From: the human T2T-CHM13v2.0 reference genome, Homo sapiens
Direction: 5' to 3' (one strand)
Assembly: GCF_009914755.1 (NCBI RefSeq)
Contig: NC_060940.1
DNA: 64,000 bases
Of the stretch, positions 1 through 64,000 are shown piece after piece. How positions within the stretch are numbered: position 1 is the first letter of the stretch; each line of letters begins with the position of its first letter. The notes under the pieces are model-generated. The model was not told the origin of the DNA, did not search any database, and saw only the letters and a program-made list of their open reading frames with translations. A program made the position numbers and the translations under genes.

Positions 1-962
1 ACTGTGGAGCAGCGCCTGTGCACACCCAGAGCTTAGAGCCCAAATAATTCAGTGGAGTGTAGCCCATGTCAGGAGGTGGGTAGCAGGGACCCTCGAGACT
101 CATATCCTTTTGTCACCCTGCAAAGTCACAGTCCAGGCCTGGGGTGGGCTGGGACACGAGTGAGGGGGCCGGCCCGGCCAAGGGAAAGAATGGCAGCAGG
201 GCGTGGGAACCGACGCGGTGCAGATAGGCCGAACACGGTGGGTAGGCCAGGGAGTCTCCCAGCCACTGGCCCCCAGGATGCAGGGAGGGGCTGCTGCGTG
301 TCACTTTTAAAGCCCTTTTTGCCTCCTGGGCCCTCCTGAGACTCTGCCCTGGGCCAGGGAGTCTCCCAGCCACTGGCTGGGAGGGATCCAGGTGAGACAC
401 AGCCGAGAGGAGACAGGCAAGGGGGTCCGGGAGGGCTTCCCGGGGAGGGTGGGGAGGGCTGTGGCCCTTGTTCTTACCCTTTGGCCCCTTTGTCGGGGTC
501 CCTTGGCCTGGAGACCCTTTGTCCAACCCGTCGCCCACCTCAAGACCTGCCTCGATGCTGCGCATACAGTAGGTATCCAATAAATGTTCCTGGGCTAGAA
601 GGCAAAGGCGCTGGCACCAAGGCGGCTGCCCAGAGTAGGGGCGAGACAGAGAGGTCCCGGTGGTTAAGGGGTCCCCTAGCCCTGCCGCCTCCCCCTGCCC
701 CGCCTCGGGCTGGCCGGGCGCGGAGGTAGGGGCCTGGCCGGGACGGCTGGGACTGGAGGCGGGGGCGGCCGGGCGGCGGGGGCGGGGAAGGGGCGGGCGC
801 GGAGGCGGTGCCGCAGCCCGAGCCGGAGCCCGAGCCGGATCCCGAGGCGACGGGAGCCGAACAGGAGCCGCCGCTGAAGCCACCGCGGGGTGCCCAGCGC
901 CGCCGCCGCCCCCGAGCTCCCCCGCGCCCCTGCCCGCGGGCGGCCGGTGGGCAGCGGGCGCC

Positions 963-11794
<10,832 letters not shown>

Positions 11795-11989
11795 GCCCCT
11801 TCCTGCCTGTCTCGGGACCCTGGGACCCCTCCCGCACGGACCTTGGGCCTCAGCCTGCCCCGAGCTCCCCCAGCCTCAGTGGACTGGAGGGTGGTCCTGC
11901 CATTGCCCAGAAATCAGCCCCAGCCCCGGTGAGCCCCCATCCTGCCCCTGCCCACCAGGTACTGGGGGCCTGTGGCAGCAAGATAGGGG

Positions 11990-12082
11990 GAGAGAGACCC
12001 AGAGATGTGAGAGAGAGTCAGAGACAGAGACAGAGAGAGAGAGAGAGAGACACAGAGAGAGACAGAGAGAGAGCGAGCGAGC
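11990..12082. repeat. (GA)n/(GACA)n microsatellite in SLC9A3R2 3'UTR
   Basis: Directly visible gagagagaga/gacagaga runs ending in gcgagcgagcg. Confidence 0.9.
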
Positions 12083-12266
12083 GCGCGGCAGCCGCGGGGC
12101 GAGGGCCTTTGCTGCTCTGCTGGGGCCTGCTGACTGAAAGGAATTTGTGTTTTTGCTTTTTTTCCAAAAAGATCTCCAGCTCCACACATGTTTCCACTTA
12201 ATACCAGAGACCCCCCCCTTCCCCTCCCCCTTCCCCTCCCCCTTGGGACGCGCTCTAAATAATTGC

Positions 12267-12272
12267 AATAAA
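12267..12272 (+). terminator. Proximal poly(A) signal of SLC9A3R2
   Basis: AATAAA about 470 nt after the stop codon. Confidence 0.7.
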
Positions 12273-12813
12273 ACAAACCTTTCTCTGCAAACCATTTCCT
12301 CCCCGCCCCCTCCCCTCAGCAGCGGCCGTCCTGAGTGGGAGTCCCTGGGACTTCCCAGTGGCCAAGTTGGGGCGCCCAGCCTCTTCGTGGGGACCTTGGG
12401 TAAGGCCAGGGAGGCCTGATGTGGCCGTAGGAGCTGCCCCTGCCCACCTGCCCTGGTGTGGGGGTCCCTAGGCCACACCCTGCTCCCCACCCAGCTACCC
12501 TGTGCGCCTGTGCCCTGCTGGGGGCCTGGGCTCTCCGAGGGGCCTGAGGATGGAGGCCCCACGTCCCCGAGGAGGGCGGCCTCTGGACAGGCCCCTCATT
12601 CCGCGCGGCAGCTCCCAGGCCTGGGGAACGTAGGTGTGTGAGAGCGGCACCCGGGAAGGACGCCTGGCCTCTGGCTCAGCCCTGCTTGGCGGGCTCCCCC
12701 GTGGACACCCTGTTGACTTTGCACTTCCCTCCCGGGCCCCGCACCCCCGAACCGACCACCGATCGACCGGCACCGCTGTTGCCTCGTAAGCCATAGCGCA
12801 TGCGCGCTCTCAG

Positions 12814-12819
12814 AATAAA
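12814..12819 (+). terminator. Distal poly(A) signal of SLC9A3R2
   Basis: AATAAA followed by GU/U-rich tctgtcttttct at about 12846. Confidence 0.7.
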
Positions 12820-13645
12820 CAGGCCCTGCCTGGGATCCACACGCCTCTGTCTTTTCTGAGCCTCCTCCCCGTGGGGTGAGAGGGGTGGAGGGATGAGGCT
12901 GTTTCAGGGAGCCCCCTCCCCGAGTCTCAGCAGCTGGAAACGGTCTCGTTCCTGAGCCCGTGCCCTGCATCCATCTGCTCCCAGCCCTGCTCCATCTCCC
13001 CCGCTGACCCCCATGGGACCCCCTGCTGTGTGGCACATCCTGGGCCCATGCCCATCTCTCTTATTTGGCAGACTCAGCCTCCCACCTTCACCTTCCCTGT
13101 GAAGCCATCCGGCCCCACACAACACCCACACGGGCCACCCTTTGCCCAATTCACCCTGCGACCTCTAGCAGTCACAGGTCAAGCTTTGTACCCTGTGGCG
13201 CCCTGCCTGGGTCCCCAGTGTCCCTTTCAAGGCCGGGTAGCTCTGTAAACAGGGGTGGGACCCTGGCAGAGGCTGGGCTTTGAGGGCATGAAAGTTCAGG
13301 AGCTGGCGGTGTCCGGGCTGGGAAGCTGGGGGGCCGGCGGTGGATAGCATGAGGGGCCAGGGTCCCCAGCCAGCTGCCCGGGGGCTGCTTGCTTCCCCAG
13401 CGGACTTCCAACAGCTGGCTGCAGCTGGCTCTCCCCACTTCCTCCCTCCCAGGTTCATGCACACCCCCTCCCCCTCCCTGAGTACATAGCAAAGATTGTC
13501 ACGTCCCCAGCCGGCCTCCCAGGCAGCCCTGCTCCAGACACGCGAGCACGGGTGTGTACGAACACATCCTTGTATGCGATTCCCAGGCTCTCTGCCCCCT
13601 CAGGGACAGACATCAGCCAGATCCCATCTGCAAACACACCAAAGC

Positions 13646-13651
13646 TTTATT
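13646..13651 (-). terminator. Poly(A) signal of NTHL1
   Basis: tttatt on + (AATAAA on -), about 80 nt after the stop codon. Confidence 0.85.
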
Positions 13652-13732
13652 CAACAGGCGTGGCTTCCTGAAGCGTAAAGCCACTTCACAGACGGTGGCC
13701 ACAGCGGCACCTCGGCCAGAGCCATGCGGCCA

Positions 13733-22180
<8,448 letters not shown>

Positions 22181-22259
22181 AGAGAGCTCTCTAGACCAGG
22201 CCTGGTGTCTCCCGGGCTTTCCTAGGTGCCTGTTTGCGAGCTGGTCAGCTGGGCTGTAG

Positions 22260-62711
<40,452 letters not shown>

Positions 62712-62763
62712 GGCCGGGGCCCTCCCTCCTGCACTGGCCTTGGACGGTATTGCCTGTCAGTGA

Positions 62764-62773
62764 AATAAATAAA
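62764..62773 (+). terminator. Two overlapping poly(A) signals of TSC2 (AATAAATAAA)
   Basis: Begin 53 nt after the TSC2 stop codon. Confidence 0.9.
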
Positions 62774-62826
62774 GTCCTGACCCCAGTGCACAGACATAGA
62801 GGCACAGATTGCAGTCAGACAGCTCT

Positions 62827-62832
62827 TTTATT
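62827..62832 (-). terminator. Poly(A) signal of PKD1
   Basis: tttatt on +, about 1 kb after the PKD1 stop and about 55 bp from the TSC2 signal. Confidence 0.9.
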
Positions 62833-62966
62833 GACTTTGTCTGCTTGGTGCGGGGGTTGGGGGGGTGTCGAGGCTCTAGAAGCGGCCATGCCCACAGAAG
62901 TGGTACACAGAAGCAGGCACAGCCAGCTCCGAGGGCCTTGAGGCTGCCTGGGCCATACAGCACACT

Positions 62967-63006
62967 CGTGCGTGCGCGCGCGCGCACACACACACACACA
63001 CACACA
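62967..63006. repeat. (CG)n(CA)11 compound microsatellite in PKD1 3'UTR (likely the KG8 linkage marker)
   Basis: cgtgcgtgcgcgcgcgcg followed by (ca)11. Confidence 0.85.
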
Positions 63007-63604
63007 GTCACCTTCCTCCACCCTGGGAGCCAGCCCCCAGGAGGAGTCTTTTCCTCTAACCACCCTGGGGTCCTCTGACATGCCTAGTCCTGCTACTTGC
63101 CCAGACCTGATGCCAGCAGGCCTGGGCGCTGCTCTCTTGCTACCTGGCCTGGGGCAAGGGAGGATGACAAGGCCTCTGGGGTGATGAGAGTGCCTGGCAG
63201 ACAGCTGTGCCCCCAGCACCGGCCCAAGGCCATGCTCGCATCCAAGCAGCAGCCGGGCTGCCATAACGCCACCACACCTACCAAGCGCAGCAGGTGTTGG
63301 GGGAGGCCAGCTCTGGGCGCAGGCCCCTCAGCCCTAGTGAAAATAGTGACATACAAAAATATACACATTTTAACACCATATAAATTACTGACACGAGACA
63401 CACAGTGAGACGGTGCAGGGAGTACGGTAGGAACTGGAGAGGTAATAACTTAGGGGCAGGGTGGCGGCGGTGCAGGCTAACCCTCCCTGAAGCCAGCAGC
63501 CTTAGCAGTGGGGGACATCTGCCCAGGGGGTGGGGCCGGGCACAGCCCGCTGTACCTGAGGACTCGGGGAAATAAATTAGCATCTCAGAGGCTAGAAACC
63601 GTCC

Positions 63605-63785
63605 AATACTGCTGTGTCCTTCCCAAGGGAGCTGGGGAGGGGACCCTGGGTCCTGGTTGGCCACACAGCCTCTTTAAAGTGCTGAAGCCCACAGACAGAC
63701 AGATGCCCCTGCCTGCTCTCTGGGGAACCTACGTGCAGCCATTCTGCCTGGCCCTCGGCCTTGACAGCGGCAGAAAGTAATACTG
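63605..63785 (-). promoter_or_regulatory. Two miR-200b/c/429 seed sites in PKD1 3'UTR
   Basis: CAGTATT at 63611-63605 and CAGTATTA at 63785-63778 on the minus strand. Confidence 0.75.
63675..63682 (-). promoter_or_regulatory. miR-17 family 8mer site (GCACTTTA) in PKD1 3'UTR
   Basis: taaagtgc on +; established repressive element of PKD1 mRNA. Confidence 0.85.
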
Positions 63786-63833
63786 AGCGGTGTCCACTCC
63801 GACTCCACGGCCCACCCCCGCCAGGAAGGAGGA

Positions 63834-64000
63834 CTAAGTGCTGCTGGGGTGGACCTTGTTCTTGGCCCGAAGGGGTGTCCTGCTGGGGCCAGTGGCCAGG
63901 TCCACACCCCGACTGGCCCGGGCAAGGCGGCTGGGCAGTGCTGGCCGCAGGCCCGGGGATGGGCCACGGGAAGATCCGGCGGGCGCCCGGCTGCTCCTGC
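63834..64000 (-). CDS. PKD1: Polycystin-1 C-terminal end (partial last exon, gene continues beyond window)
   Basis: Minus-strand translation RSSRAPAGSSRGPSPGLRPALPSRLARASRGVDLATGPSRTPLRAKNKVHPSST*, TAG at 63836-63834; KVHPSST is the VxPx ciliary-targeting tail. Confidence 0.97.
   Translation of the reverse strand, partial: RSSRAPAGSSRGPSPGLRPALPSRLARASRGVDLATGPSRTPLRAKNKVHPSST

Noticed and set aside
63834-64000. MIR1225 mirtron of PKD1
   Set aside because: It lies in the last PKD1 intron, beyond the window end, so it is not supportable here.

Overview
This window is human chromosome 16p13.3, a well-known disease locus. It is not prokaryotic and has no CRISPR, rRNA or tRNA. It contains four genes. 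(1) SLC9A3R2/NHERF2 (+), complete: 7 coding exons, 337 aa, plus an internal alternative first exon. (2) NTHL1 (-), complete: 6 exons, 312/304 aa. (3) TSC2 (+), complete: 41 coding exons, 1807 aa, sharing a CpG-island bidirectional promoter with NTHL1. (4) The last 167 coding nt and 3'UTR of PKD1 (-), tail-to-tail with TSC2. Exon boundaries for the three complete genes were placed by hand from GT/AG sites. Exon lengths sum to the known protein lengths, and I saw no frameshift or nonsense change. Introns hold about 30 Alus, an old L1 fragment, a Tigger2a, MIRs and two GC-rich VNTRs. I found no wholly new biological system. The most notable observations are: a very young AluYb9 with a perfect 18-bp TSD in TSC2 intron 3, probably absent from GRCh37/38; a 73-bp VNTR with hidden 146-bp dimer structure; small tandem duplications that copy TSC2 splice donors; a latent GC-donor pseudoexon; interlocked TSC2/PKD1 poly(A) signals; a ZNF143/THAP11 motif containing the disputed NTHL1 start codon beside a CLEAR-like E-box; and a triple-CAG acceptor next to the NTHL1 catalytic Asp. 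Comparisons with the reference genome are from memory and flagged as such.
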